A DNA stretch of 64,000 nt from the NCBI GenBank assembly GCA_964348755.1, contig CAYGDW010000008.1:505-64504 (forward strand), in the 5' to 3' direction. The position numbers and the translations under genes were made by a program. Positions 9,896 to 19,035 of this stretch are shown here, one piece after another. The notes below the pieces were generated by a model. The model was not told the origin of the DNA and made no database searches. It saw only the letters and a program-made list of their open reading frames with translations. Every line of letters begins with the position of its first letter. Within the stretch, counting starts at the first letter, position 1. The DNA comes from an uncultured Bacteroidales bacterium. GTDB lineage: Bacteria; Bacteroidota; Bacteroidia; Bacteroidales; UBA7960.

Positions 9896-11011
9896 TTAAA
9901 AGTTGATAACGCCAAAATATGCTTCTTTAGGATTGTGGTTTCTGTCAAAAAGCAGAGGATGATCAGTTCGGCCGGCTACAGGCCAGTTGTTAAGCCATGA
10001 CCCACCATCGTGCACACCCCAGAATGTAACATTTGTAATGCTGCTCTTGTGCCTCCTGAACACCCCAAAGAACCTGGCGTAAGTTGCTCTTTGCCTTAAT
10101 GCAATTTCGTTTGTAAAGGCCTGGGTAGGTGCAGACTGGCTGGTGTAAATTGAAACATCGAGTTCGGTTATATGAATTTCGAGCCCCAGTGAAGCATAGC
10201 GATTTATAGCATCTGTTAAATGGTCTGTCGAGGGCCAGTCAATATTATAATGCCCCTGCATGCCCATTCCATCAATCAGCCCTTGGGCTTTTAACCTTGA
10301 AATGAGCTGGAATATTTTTTCCCTTTTTGTCGGATCCGTTTCGCGGTAATCGTTATAAAACAATTTGGCATTGGGATCGGCTGCCCTGGCCGCCCTGAAA
10401 GCTTCAAAAATAAAATCCTCTCCTAAAATATTAAACCAGGGCGAACCACGATAAAAGCCAGAACCGTCGTCAATAACTTCATTCACCACATCCCAGGCAT
10501 AAACTTTTCCGCGGTATCGCGAAACAACCGTGTTGACATGGTTTCTGAGCCTATGCAATAATACTTCTCTTGATACTGCCACTCCTCCGCTCTGAAAAAC
10601 CCATGATGGGGTTTGGTTGTGCCAAATGAGCGTATGTCCTCTTACCTTCATTCCGTTTGCTAAGGCAAAATCAACAATCCGGTCAGCATTTGTCCAACGG
10701 AAATTTCCCTCGGTAGGTTGCATGGCATCCCATTTCATAGCGTTTTCGGCAGTAATTGTATTAAAATGCCTCTTAATCAGTTCGACCGACAGGGGGTTGT
10801 CGAGCGCCGAGGGTTCGATGGCCACGCCAATATCAAAAATATTATCTTTAACAAAGTAATCTTTTAAACCATCGGTTGTAAGGCGATAATCGTTCAGGTT
10901 TAGCGGGCGGCGAGGCTTGTCGCCGGGGTCTGTTCCATTTTTGTTGCCGCAAGAGGTAATTGCCAGCACAACAGAAATTAGAAAGAAATACAATAGCAGC
11001 TTTAAATTCAT
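9896..11011 (-). CDS. GH10 endo-1,4-beta-xylanase, lipoprotein
   Basis: Lipobox ITSCGN. Contains FNTITAENAMKWD, GHTLIWHNQTPSWV, WDVVNEV and ITELDV. Confidence 0.93.
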   Translation of the reverse strand: MNLKLLLYFFLISVVLAITSCGNKNGTDPGDKPRRPLNLNDYRLTTDGLKDYFVKDNIFDIGVAIEPSALDNPLSVELIKRHFNTITAENAMKWDAMQPTEGNFRWTNADRIVDFALANGMKVRGHTLIWHNQTPSWVFQSGGVAVSREVLLHRLRNHVNTVVSRYRGKVYAWDVVNEVIDDGSGFYRGSPWFNILGEDFIFEAFRAARAADPNAKLFYNDYRETDPTKREKIFQLISRLKAQGLIDGMGMQGHYNIDWPSTDHLTDAINRYASLGLEIHITELDVSIYTSQSAPTQAFTNEIALRQRATYARFFGVFRRHKSSITNVTFWGVHDGGSWLNNWPVAGRTDHPLLFDRNHNPKEAYFGVINF

Positions 11012-11021
11012 TTTAGATTAG

Positions 11022-11058
11022 TAAAGGAAGGAAAAGCACCCGTGGCATCACCACGGGT
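11022..11058 (-). terminator. Rho-independent terminator candidate downstream of the 585-aa IPT/TIG gene
   Basis: An 8-bp GC-rich stem, ACCCGTGG (11038-11045) and CCACGGGT (11051-11058), with a 5-nt loop. On the minus strand it is followed by GCTTTTCCTTCCTTT. Confidence 0.6.
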
Positions 11059-11080
11059 ACTTTTCCGGTTAAACTATAAA

Positions 11081-12838
11081 TTATTCAATGGTAAATCTAA
11101 TGTTGTCCACATTAAGACTAACCCTTTCGCCCACAATTTCGGGAATATTCCTTGCATCGACAAAAACAAACCCAAAAAGACGGTTGCGGTTTGGTTGCCA
11201 ACGGGCGGTTCCTAATGGAGGGGCCGTTGCACTAAAAATAACTGCATCGGTTCCACCGCCACCCATAGTGTGAGTATTTATGCGGAATGAAGTCCAGGTA
11301 TTTGGGTCGGCCGGTACTGTAAGCAGGGTTGCATAACCCCATGGGTTGTCGCCGGAAGCGCCAGCCAGGGCAAGCTTAATTCTCACGTTGCCGTTGCCAT
11401 CTACAATTTGCGGCGGAACCTCGCTCAGGTTCAGGTCGAACTGAAGGAAAACACCTTGCGAAGAAGAGGTATAAAGCAGAAACCTGTCGGGGGCTGGGTG
11501 GGCAGCGGGAGCCTCAGGGAAAGCGGTACCACCGCCATCGCCTCTTATCCAGAACCTTGGCCATACATCGCCCGACTGGAAGGTTGCCGTTGTTCGGCCA
11601 AAGTTACCCTGTGGCTGGCCACTATCCACAATGGAAAGTGCCGACACGGTACTGGCTTGGTCCCATCCAGAACTGGTAAACCGGTGAGGGGTAAATGTAC
11701 GGTCGAAATCAACCAGCCAGAAATCGCCGGTAATGATAAATGGGGCGGATGTTCCGACAATACCATTGGCCGTAACCAGGTTTATAACACCGGTTTGGCT
11801 TCCGCCGATGCGAACGGTGAGGTTGGTAGCAGTTTGAGCCATTATTGTAACTGGGCTTGTGCCAAGCCTGGCTTCGGTAACCCTGTCGAATCCGGTTCCC
11901 GTAAGGGTAATATCCCGGGTTCCACCAACAATTTCAGCACCTTTTTGAGGAAAATAATTGGAAATAACCGGCAGATTTACCCTGAAATCGGTGGCCGACT
12001 GCGCAGTGCCATCTGGCACCGTGAGTATGATTCGCCCTGTAGTAGCACCCACTGGTACAGCTACAGTTAGCTGCGTTGGGCTTACAATTGTAAATGGAGC
12101 ATTGATAGTCCCAAACCGAACCTGGGTAACCACGTTCATCATTGTTCCGTTTATGGTAACCACTGTACCAATATCGAGGGCAGCAATGTCGGGGGTAATT
12201 GAATTAATTACCGGCAAGGCAAGTGATAATTCAGTGGCACTAACTGCTTCGCGTACTTGTACAAAACCAAACTCAGTAAGGAAGTTATAAAACAGACGAA
12301 CAGAACCGCTTACCATTGCAGCAGGAGTTGTAATACTTATGGAGGTTGCAGATTTGTCGTTGAGGGTTGCCCGCAAATTGCCCACATAAACAGAATCTAC
12401 CCTGTTTAGCAGGTTACCAGTTATTACAACGGTTTGGTTTCGTCCTACAATGGCAGGGGTAAAAGAAATAATGTTTGGAACCGGAACCAGGTCAACAGTA
12501 AAATCGGTAATAGAGCTGGTTACAGAGTTAGGCCTTATCAGCTTAATTTTTCCGGTTAAGGCACCCACTGGGATCTCAACTTTTATTTCTTCGTTGGTTT
12601 TCGAAATAATCAGAGCTTCACGGGTTGAGAAAGATACCTTGGATACATCGGCCAAACCCTTACCGGTAATTGCAACAATTTGCCCGGGGTGTCCGCTGGT
12701 TGGCGAAAAGGTAAACGGCGTTTCCAATTCTACTGGGTCAATTTTGAAAGGTGCACTTTCTTCGCAACCGGCAAAAAACACGGCCACCGCCAGTAAAATT
12801 ATAAAGCCTGGGACTGTTATTTTCATAAATGTTCTCAT
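11081..12838 (-). CDS. IPT/TIG-repeat surface glycan-binding lipoprotein (SGBP-like)
   Basis: Lipobox FFAGCEE. Four internal repeats of about 85 aa each match the IPT/TIG pattern (for example FSPTSGHPGQIVAITGKGL...GKIKLI). A C-terminal domain of about 200 aa ends in NVDNIRFTIE. It lies directly downstream of SusD. An alternative ATG is at 12826. Confidence 0.75.
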   Translation of the reverse strand: MRTFMKITVPGFIILLAVAVFFAGCEESAPFKIDPVELETPFTFSPTSGHPGQIVAITGKGLADVSKVSFSTREALIISKTNEEIKVEIPVGALTGKIKLIRPNSVTSSITDFTVDLVPVPNIISFTPAIVGRNQTVVITGNLLNRVDSVYVGNLRATLNDKSATSISITTPAAMVSGSVRLFYNFLTEFGFVQVREAVSATELSLALPVINSITPDIAALDIGTVVTINGTMMNVVTQVRFGTINAPFTIVSPTQLTVAVPVGATTGRIILTVPDGTAQSATDFRVNLPVISNYFPQKGAEIVGGTRDITLTGTGFDRVTEARLGTSPVTIMAQTATNLTVRIGGSQTGVINLVTANGIVGTSAPFIITGDFWLVDFDRTFTPHRFTSSGWDQASTVSALSIVDSGQPQGNFGRTTATFQSGDVWPRFWIRGDGGGTAFPEAPAAHPAPDRFLLYTSSSQGVFLQFDLNLSEVPPQIVDGNGNVRIKLALAGASGDNPWGYATLLTVPADPNTWTSFRINTHTMGGGGTDAVIFSATAPPLGTARWQPNRNRLFGFVFVDARNIPEIVGERVSLNVDNIRFTIE

Positions 12839-12851
12839 TCTTCAAGGGGTT

Positions 12852-13982
12852 TTAATCAGGAATAATAAACCGAATGTTGTCGAAAAATACGGTTTGCCCA
12901 AAGTTGGCATTGGCAGTTTGAGCTGGGGGCTGAATTTTCACCCCTCTAAGTTGGTGAAAAGGAGGTACCGTTCCAAATGGAGCACTACCGCCATAACCCT
13001 GTCCCATTTCGGTGAAAGGCAACCTAATGGTTTGCCAATCAGTTGTAATGGGTAAGGTGCGGCCATACACAGGATGTGCAGCTCCAGCAGCCGGCTGTGG
13101 TTCAACCATTATGTTTAGATCCATATTGCGCGAAACCCTCAGATCGAGCGCCAGCACAATGTTGTTATTACTTTGGGCAGGTACCGTGGGCAAATTCTGG
13201 ATGAAGAAATCCATATTACCACCCCAGCTAGTGTTGCGGTCGGCAATTTCGAGTGTCAGGAAATTGTTATTAGGAAACGGTCCCCTTACAATGGTGGGAT
13301 TTTGAACATTCCCGTTTGGGCTCCAACTGGTGAAGAAAGGGCTGGTATCATCAAAATTATGAACCAGAACCACCTGACCAAGAATAAGATCGGCGGCACT
13401 TTCGGATATGCTTCCTGTAGCCGTATGCAAGCTAATGCGGCCTCCGGTTGATCCGGTTGGCATAGTAAACCTGAGAATCTGGTCGCTCACTTTGGTAAAA
13501 GTAGGAACCTCCAGTGTACCAACGAACACCCGGGTTGTAAGATGAAGCGCCCTTCCCATTAGGGTAATGACTGTACCCGGCCTTGCTGCTTCTGGATTAA
13601 CCATTTGTATTACAGGAGGAGATACAATTGCTAAGGCCCTTTGAGCCAAACCTTTGCCGGTAAAGAAAATATTTACGGTAATAACATCGCCAAGGGGTGA
13701 TCCTTCCGGAACAAGCATTTTGAGAGTGTCGCGGGATGCCGTAAAAGAAATCGGAACATTCTCGGTATTGAGCATAATATGATACACCTCATTCAGGTTT
13801 GTGCCTACGAATGTAACTACTTGCCCGGGTTGCGCCATTTGGCGGTCAACTGAAGTAATCCGGTGATTCATGTCAATGACTCCCGGCTCCATAAAGGTTT
13901 CCTGTTCCTCGCAACCCCAAAAAAGTACAGGGATGGACAAAACCAGGAAAAATGCGAGTTGGAAAATATTTGATTTTTTCAT
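12852..13982 (-). CDS. IPT/TIG-repeat surface glycan-binding lipoprotein (second SGBP-like)
   Basis: I place the start at the internal ATG 13982 (MKKSNIFQLAFFLVLSIPVLFWGCEE, lipobox). The track ORF runs to 14057, which would overlap the SusD 3' end. Two IPT/TIG repeats are followed by a C-terminal domain ending in FFDNIRFIIPD. Confidence 0.72.
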   Translation of the reverse strand: MKKSNIFQLAFFLVLSIPVLFWGCEEQETFMEPGVIDMNHRITSVDRQMAQPGQVVTFVGTNLNEVYHIMLNTENVPISFTASRDTLKMLVPEGSPLGDVITVNIFFTGKGLAQRALAIVSPPVIQMVNPEAARPGTVITLMGRALHLTTRVFVGTLEVPTFTKVSDQILRFTMPTGSTGGRISLHTATGSISESAADLILGQVVLVHNFDDTSPFFTSWSPNGNVQNPTIVRGPFPNNNFLTLEIADRNTSWGGNMDFFIQNLPTVPAQSNNNIVLALDLRVSRNMDLNIMVEPQPAAGAAHPVYGRTLPITTDWQTIRLPFTEMGQGYGGSAPFGTVPPFHQLRGVKIQPPAQTANANFGQTVFFDNIRFIIPD

Positions 13983-14007
13983 TTGTTTCTTAATTAAAAG
14001 GTTTCCA

Positions 14008-15744
14008 TTAGGTACCATATCCTGGATTTTGTGGGAAAGGGTTGGTGGTAAGGTCAATCTGGCTTTGTGGAATTGGCCTGAGAACGTGGTGGTTCTGAAT
14101 GGCAGTCCTTCCGGGAAGCTCAGGACTCAGTGTGCGGAGTCGGTGCAGCAACATTGGTACTCCTGCACTGTTACGTGTGCGCACCAGGTCGAACCAACGC
14201 ATGTATTCGCCGGCAAGCTCACGGCTTCTTTCATCAAGAATAAAATTTATACCCGCTTCGTGGTCGGTCATGCTGGGTGTTGAAGCTGTAATACGTGCAA
14301 CAGCAGCGGCGTTAGCAGCATCAGAACGACCGGTTAGAAATGCGGCGCGGGTGCGTACTACATTGAGCAGGTTTCTTGAATCGGCCGGGCGGTTGAGGTA
14401 CATTGCAGCTTCGGCAGCAATAAGGTAGGTTTCGGCAAAGCGAAACACAATAAACGGGCGAACGGAAGCATCGTTAACGCTTGGCCTGTCAATATCATCG
14501 TATTTGCTCAGCGACGGGAAAATTGACAGGGCCTGCCTGGTGCCTCCCGGGCTTACATTATCAAAATATTCGGAGGGTTTAAATATGCGAAGCGCTTTAG
14601 CAGGTCTGTGGCTTTCAACCCCAGGGAGCCAAATGGCCGTGTCGCCGTTGGCAAAACCGGGTACCTCAGCACTGGCAGCATCATTTACCCTCCAAAGTGT
14701 CTGAAAGGTTTTATTATAACGGGTATCGTCGTTGCGCTCGTTAAAAGCAACTTCGAGCAGATAGTTGGTTGGCCTTACCCTGTGCCATGGGCGGCCATTG
14801 GGAATATCTCTTACCAAACCTTTTACGAGTGCACCATAATTTGGCCTGTAAAAGAAGCTGCTCCGATTGTTTTTGTTTCCTGACACATCAGGGTTTATAT
14901 CGTTGAAAACAGGGTCGGTATTGCGCTGCACATTAAAAAGAATTTCGGCATTGTTTTCGTTGCGGGGTCTGTGCACATCGGCAAAATCGCGCAGCAGGGC
15001 TACCCCAAAGGTGCCAGCATTGTTTATAAGGTGCATGGCATTATCAAACGCACTCTGATAGTCGGTTGCTTTGCCTGCAATTGGGTGTGTTGCCCGGGTA
15101 AGATAAACCAACGAAAGCAGGTGGTAAGCCGACGCAGCTGAGGCACGGCCAGGCTCAGAGGCCCTTGCGGGCAGATCGTTCTTGGCTATTTCAAGGTCAG
15201 CAATTATTGCATCATACACGCTGGCAACAGGAGCTCTTTCGGCAGTAGTTCGGGGTACCTGGTTGAACTCGAGGTTTAGCACAAGGTCGCCATACTTTCT
15301 TACCATATTAAAGTACCACAAAGCCCTGATAAATCGGGCTTCGCCCATAACAATGGTGGCGCGTGCGGCTAACATACCCGAAGTTGGGGCAAACTGAACC
15401 ACAGCATTGGCAGTATTTATGGCTGTATAACCCCAGTTCCAGGTGGTTCCTACCATTCCATTGGTAAGCAGGGCGCCCTGATCGTAAGTCATAATGGCCA
15501 GATTGCCATCAGGACCGCGCTGAAACTCATCGGTTCCGGGCACAGTCATAGTCATTGCACTTTCTCCGCCATAAAACAGGCGAAGGTCAGAGTATGCCGA
15601 AATCAAGGCTGATTCGACGCCAGAGGGAGTTTCAAGGTACTTGGCGGTAAGGAGCGAGCGTGGTTCCTCTTCCAGAAAATCTGCACAGGAGGATACCAAC
15701 AAACCAACCCCAAAAATTATAACGAGTTTAAAGAGTTTTTTCAT
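14008..15744 (-). CDS. SusD/RagB-family nutrient-binding outer-membrane lipoprotein
   Basis: MKKLFKLVIIFGVGLLVSSCADFLEE has a lipobox. TPR-like helical content, about 578 aa, immediately downstream of SusC. An upstream ATG at 15756 (MQPEMKK...) overlaps the SusC stop and is an alternative start. Confidence 0.9.
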   Translation of the reverse strand: MKKLFKLVIIFGVGLLVSSCADFLEEEPRSLLTAKYLETPSGVESALISAYSDLRLFYGGESAMTMTVPGTDEFQRGPDGNLAIMTYDQGALLTNGMVGTTWNWGYTAINTANAVVQFAPTSGMLAARATIVMGEARFIRALWYFNMVRKYGDLVLNLEFNQVPRTTAERAPVASVYDAIIADLEIAKNDLPARASEPGRASAASAYHLLSLVYLTRATHPIAGKATDYQSAFDNAMHLINNAGTFGVALLRDFADVHRPRNENNAEILFNVQRNTDPVFNDINPDVSGNKNNRSSFFYRPNYGALVKGLVRDIPNGRPWHRVRPTNYLLEVAFNERNDDTRYNKTFQTLWRVNDAASAEVPGFANGDTAIWLPGVESHRPAKALRIFKPSEYFDNVSPGGTRQALSIFPSLSKYDDIDRPSVNDASVRPFIVFRFAETYLIAAEAAMYLNRPADSRNLLNVVRTRAAFLTGRSDAANAAAVARITASTPSMTDHEAGINFILDERSRELAGEYMRWFDLVRTRNSAGVPMLLHRLRTLSPELPGRTAIQNHHVLRPIPQSQIDLTTNPFPQNPGYGT

Positions 15745-15755
15745 TTCGGGTTGCA

Positions 15756-18700
15756 TTAGAATTTATAGTTAAAACCTATAATAAACTTCCTGGTTGGAGG
15801 AACATCGAGGCCTACTTTCAAAGCCCTTTCAGGCACTCCTTCGCCCCCTTGAATGGTGGCACCAGTCCTGTTTGGTTCGGGGTTTACCCCACCAGCACGA
15901 ACATAAGGAGAGAAGAGAAGGAATGGGTCTTCAACCGTTGCAAATACGCGCAATGTCGATTGCCCGCCAAGAAATCTGGTAACTCGCGGGTTTAAATTGT
16001 AACCTAAGTTTATGCTGCGGATCTTGCCAAAGCTGGCATCGAAATAACCCAAAACACTGGTAAATGAAGCATCGAATGAGCGGTGTGGCATTGGCATATC
16101 ATTGGTAGGGTTATCGGGAGTCCAATAATCTACACGCAAGCCGTTGCGACGACCATCCAAGCGGTTTAGATAATCGGTAGGCATGTGCAATGTGCTGACA
16201 AGCATTCCGCCGAGCCTGAAATATGCTACAACCGATAAGTCGAAGCCTTTGTAGCGCCAGGTCGAGGTAATACCACCCTGAATGTCGGGCTCGCTCGAAC
16301 CCAGAATGCGGCGGTCGGCAGCTGTAATGCGACCATCGGGCTCATCGCCGTTAACACCGCCTCCGGCAAAATCGAGCAACTTTATTCGGCCGGGTGCAAA
16401 GCCAAATTGGGCGGCCTGGTCGGCTTCGTTCAACTGCCAAATCCCAAGTTTTACATAATCGTAAATTGCGCTCATAGGCTGCCCCACAAACCAACCGTTT
16501 CCTATATCCCTTGAAATTGATGGATCTTGCAGGGCAACAATTTTTCCACGGTTAAAAAATGCGTTTGCACTAACCTCCCAGCCGAAGCCATCGCGGGTTT
16601 TGGGCGAAATTGCCACACCATTCAGAACAAATTCAATTCCGCGGTTTTCTGTTTTACCTACATTGGTCATAAAACGGCCCGGAACGCCTATAGAAGCAGG
16701 CAATTGCTTGGCCAAAAGCAGGTCGCTGGTTTGTTGCAGATAGGCATCTACAGAGCCATAAATGCGGCCCCGGAAGAATCCAAAATCAATACCTACGTTT
16801 GTTGAGGCTGTATGCTCCCAACCAAGCTCCATATTGGGTAGGGTTGAAACATAATAACCCCTTACTCCCCGGCTGCCAAAATTGTAAAATGTGCCTGTCA
16901 AACCACCAAGAGTAGCATAAGGACTAACAGCCGTATTGGCAGCCTGGCCGTAACTTGCCCTTAACCTCAGGTTATCTATGAACAAGGCATTTTTCATAAA
17001 TGGCTCGTTCATAATGTTCCAGCCAAGAGCAACCGCAGGGTATGCATGCCACTTATTTCCGGGAGCAAGCCTCGAAGAACCATCGGCACGGCCCGAAATG
17101 GTAATCATATACCTGTCGTCAAACACATAATTGGCCCGGGCCATAAACGAAACAAGCCGCCAGTCGGAGAAAAAGTTTCCTGAACTTGGGGCTTGTATTA
17201 CCTCGGCGAGGAATGGATTATTAAACTGAATATAATCAACCGGAATTCGGTTTAAATCAACCCTCGATCCGGTGGCAATGTTTTCCTGAACACTGGCCAT
17301 ACCGGTAATGTTCACCCTGTGCCTTTGGGCAAAGGTGCGGTTGTAAGTCAAAAGGTTTTCAATGGTGTAATTGAAGTTATCGTTATTGTTTACCTGGGCA
17401 ATGTTTTCGCGTCCGTCGCGAAAAGAGGTATTGCTTCCGTAGAAATTATTGTATTTGTTGTCGGCAAAGCTAACCCCCACATTCACTCTATTTACAAGGG
17501 CCGGTGTTATCTGAACTTCGCCATAAAACATATTAAAGGAAGAAAGCCTGCGGTTTTGCTCGTTCCAGCGGCTTCGGTCCTGAAGCCCAAGTGGGCTATA
17601 AGTAATTTCGGTATCGTAACCAGGCTGCTCGTTTACTGTACCATCCATATTATATGGTGAAGACAAAGGTGAAAATGTAAGCACCGACCACATGGGGTTG
17701 GCCGATTGGGCTTCGGTAAGGTTGTATGAATTGAGGGTAGTAAAGCCAATTCTTAGGCGGGTACCGATGGTTTGATCTATAGCAGCGCGAAGGCTGTAGC
17801 GAGTAAAGCCCATAAATGGCAATACTCCGGTTTCGCGGAAATAGCCACCCGAAACAGAGTATTGGGTTTTGCTGGTTCCGGCCGATAACGATACTTCATG
17901 GTTGGATGTAAGACCGGTTTGGTAAATCAAATCTTGCCAATTGGTTTCACGACCCAGCAACATCGATTCCTTTTCGTTGGGCAAAAAGTTGGTGTAGCCG
18001 GCAATGTTCCTTAGTTTTATAAATTCTTCGGCATTAAACACATCGTATTTTCGGGCTACATTTGAAAAGCCCTGGAAGCCATTATAGGTTACCCGCAGGT
18101 CGCCCTCGCGCCCGCGTTTGGTGTTTATAAGAATTACCCCGTTGGCACCACGCGACCCGAATATTACAGTGGCAGAGGCATCTTTAAGCACTTCAACAGA
18201 CTCAACGTCGTCCATACTAATATCGTTTATACTTCCGGCAAACGGAATACCATCCAAAACTATCAACGGATCGTTAGAACCAGAAAGGGAGCGTTCGCCC
18301 CGAATCCTGATTTGCGAACCACCACCGGGTCGGGTCGATGTGTTCTGAATTTCGAGGCCAGAGGCCTTGCCTTGAAGTGCCCTTACAAGGTTGTGGGCAG
18401 GCACATCGCGAAGGCGGCTGGCGTCAACCGAGGTTATTGACCCGGTAATGTCGCTCTTGCGCTGCACACCATAACCTACAACAATAAACTCGTCCAAACC
18501 CAAAAGGTCGGATTCGAGCACTACATTAATAATTTGCCGCGACTGAACTGCTACAGTCTGGGTCCTGTAACCAATAAACGAAAACAACAGGGTTCCGTTT
18601 GCTGGTGATGCAATGGTAAAGTTGCCATTGATGTCGGTAACTGAGCCTACAAAGGTTCCCTGAACCACCACGTTTACCCCGGGTAGGGTCCCTCCTTGTT

Positions 18701-18818
18701 GATCTGTCACATTTCCCCGAATCGTTATGGTTTGACCCCATAAGTAAGACCCGGAAAAAATCATCGCAAAGAGCAAAAGTGTTAGCCTAAACGCCTTGCT
18801 AAATTCAAATAATTTCAT
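15756..18818 (-). CDS. SusC-like TonB-dependent outer-membrane transporter
   Basis: 1020 aa. It has the N-terminal carboxypeptidase-regulatory-like domain (ITIRGNVTDQQGGTLPGVNVVVQGT), the plug region (DITGSITSV...LQGKASGL...IRIRG...PLIVLDGIPF) and a C-terminal NYKF. Confidence 0.95.
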   Translation of the reverse strand: MKLFEFSKAFRLTLLLFAMIFSGSYLWGQTITIRGNVTDQQGGTLPGVNVVVQGTFVGSVTDINGNFTIASPANGTLLFSFIGYRTQTVAVQSRQIINVVLESDLLGLDEFIVVGYGVQRKSDITGSITSVDASRLRDVPAHNLVRALQGKASGLEIQNTSTRPGGGSQIRIRGERSLSGSNDPLIVLDGIPFAGSINDISMDDVESVEVLKDASATVIFGSRGANGVILINTKRGREGDLRVTYNGFQGFSNVARKYDVFNAEEFIKLRNIAGYTNFLPNEKESMLLGRETNWQDLIYQTGLTSNHEVSLSAGTSKTQYSVSGGYFRETGVLPFMGFTRYSLRAAIDQTIGTRLRIGFTTLNSYNLTEAQSANPMWSVLTFSPLSSPYNMDGTVNEQPGYDTEITYSPLGLQDRSRWNEQNRRLSSFNMFYGEVQITPALVNRVNVGVSFADNKYNNFYGSNTSFRDGRENIAQVNNNDNFNYTIENLLTYNRTFAQRHRVNITGMASVQENIATGSRVDLNRIPVDYIQFNNPFLAEVIQAPSSGNFFSDWRLVSFMARANYVFDDRYMITISGRADGSSRLAPGNKWHAYPAVALGWNIMNEPFMKNALFIDNLRLRASYGQAANTAVSPYATLGGLTGTFYNFGSRGVRGYYVSTLPNMELGWEHTASTNVGIDFGFFRGRIYGSVDAYLQQTSDLLLAKQLPASIGVPGRFMTNVGKTENRGIEFVLNGVAISPKTRDGFGWEVSANAFFNRGKIVALQDPSISRDIGNGWFVGQPMSAIYDYVKLGIWQLNEADQAAQFGFAPGRIKLLDFAGGGVNGDEPDGRITAADRRILGSSEPDIQGGITSTWRYKGFDLSVVAYFRLGGMLVSTLHMPTDYLNRLDGRRNGLRVDYWTPDNPTNDMPMPHRSFDASFTSVLGYFDASFGKIRSINLGYNLNPRVTRFLGGQSTLRVFATVEDPFLLFSPYVRAGGVNPEPNRTGATIQGGEGVPERALKVGLDVPPTRKFIIGFNYKF

Positions 18819-18910
18819 TTGGGCATTGTTTTGGTTAATAATTGCTTGGGTTAATTAACTATATTTTGTAAGCTAAATGTACGACGGCTTTTTTAGGTGC
18901 TTTTAAAATT

Positions 18911-18992
18911 ATGTTACAAGCCTTTTAGTAAGGGTTACCATTTTGTGAATTTTGTTACACAACTTTTTTATCTGGTTACCTGTGTGAATAAA
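18911..18992. promoter_or_regulatory. Phased direct repeats in the SusC/HTCS divergent intergenic region (candidate regulator binding array)
   Basis: GTTAC cores start at 18913, 18934, 18954 and 18975, a spacing of 21, 20 and 21 bp. They alternate TGTTACA / GGTTACC / TGTTACA / GGTTACC, which amounts to two units of about 41 bp that also share TTTT and TGTGAAT. Confidence 0.45.
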
Positions 18993-19035
18993 TTGTTAAA
19001 TTTACCAGCAATTTTTTAATGTAATTTTAGAAAAC

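Noticed and set aside
11408-13055. + strand ORFs of 220 aa (11408-12070), 110 aa (11958-12290) and 201 aa (12450-13055)
   Set aside because: They are antisense to the IPT/TIG repeat gene. The periodic Gly/Thr/Val-rich repeats on the minus strand keep the opposite frame open.
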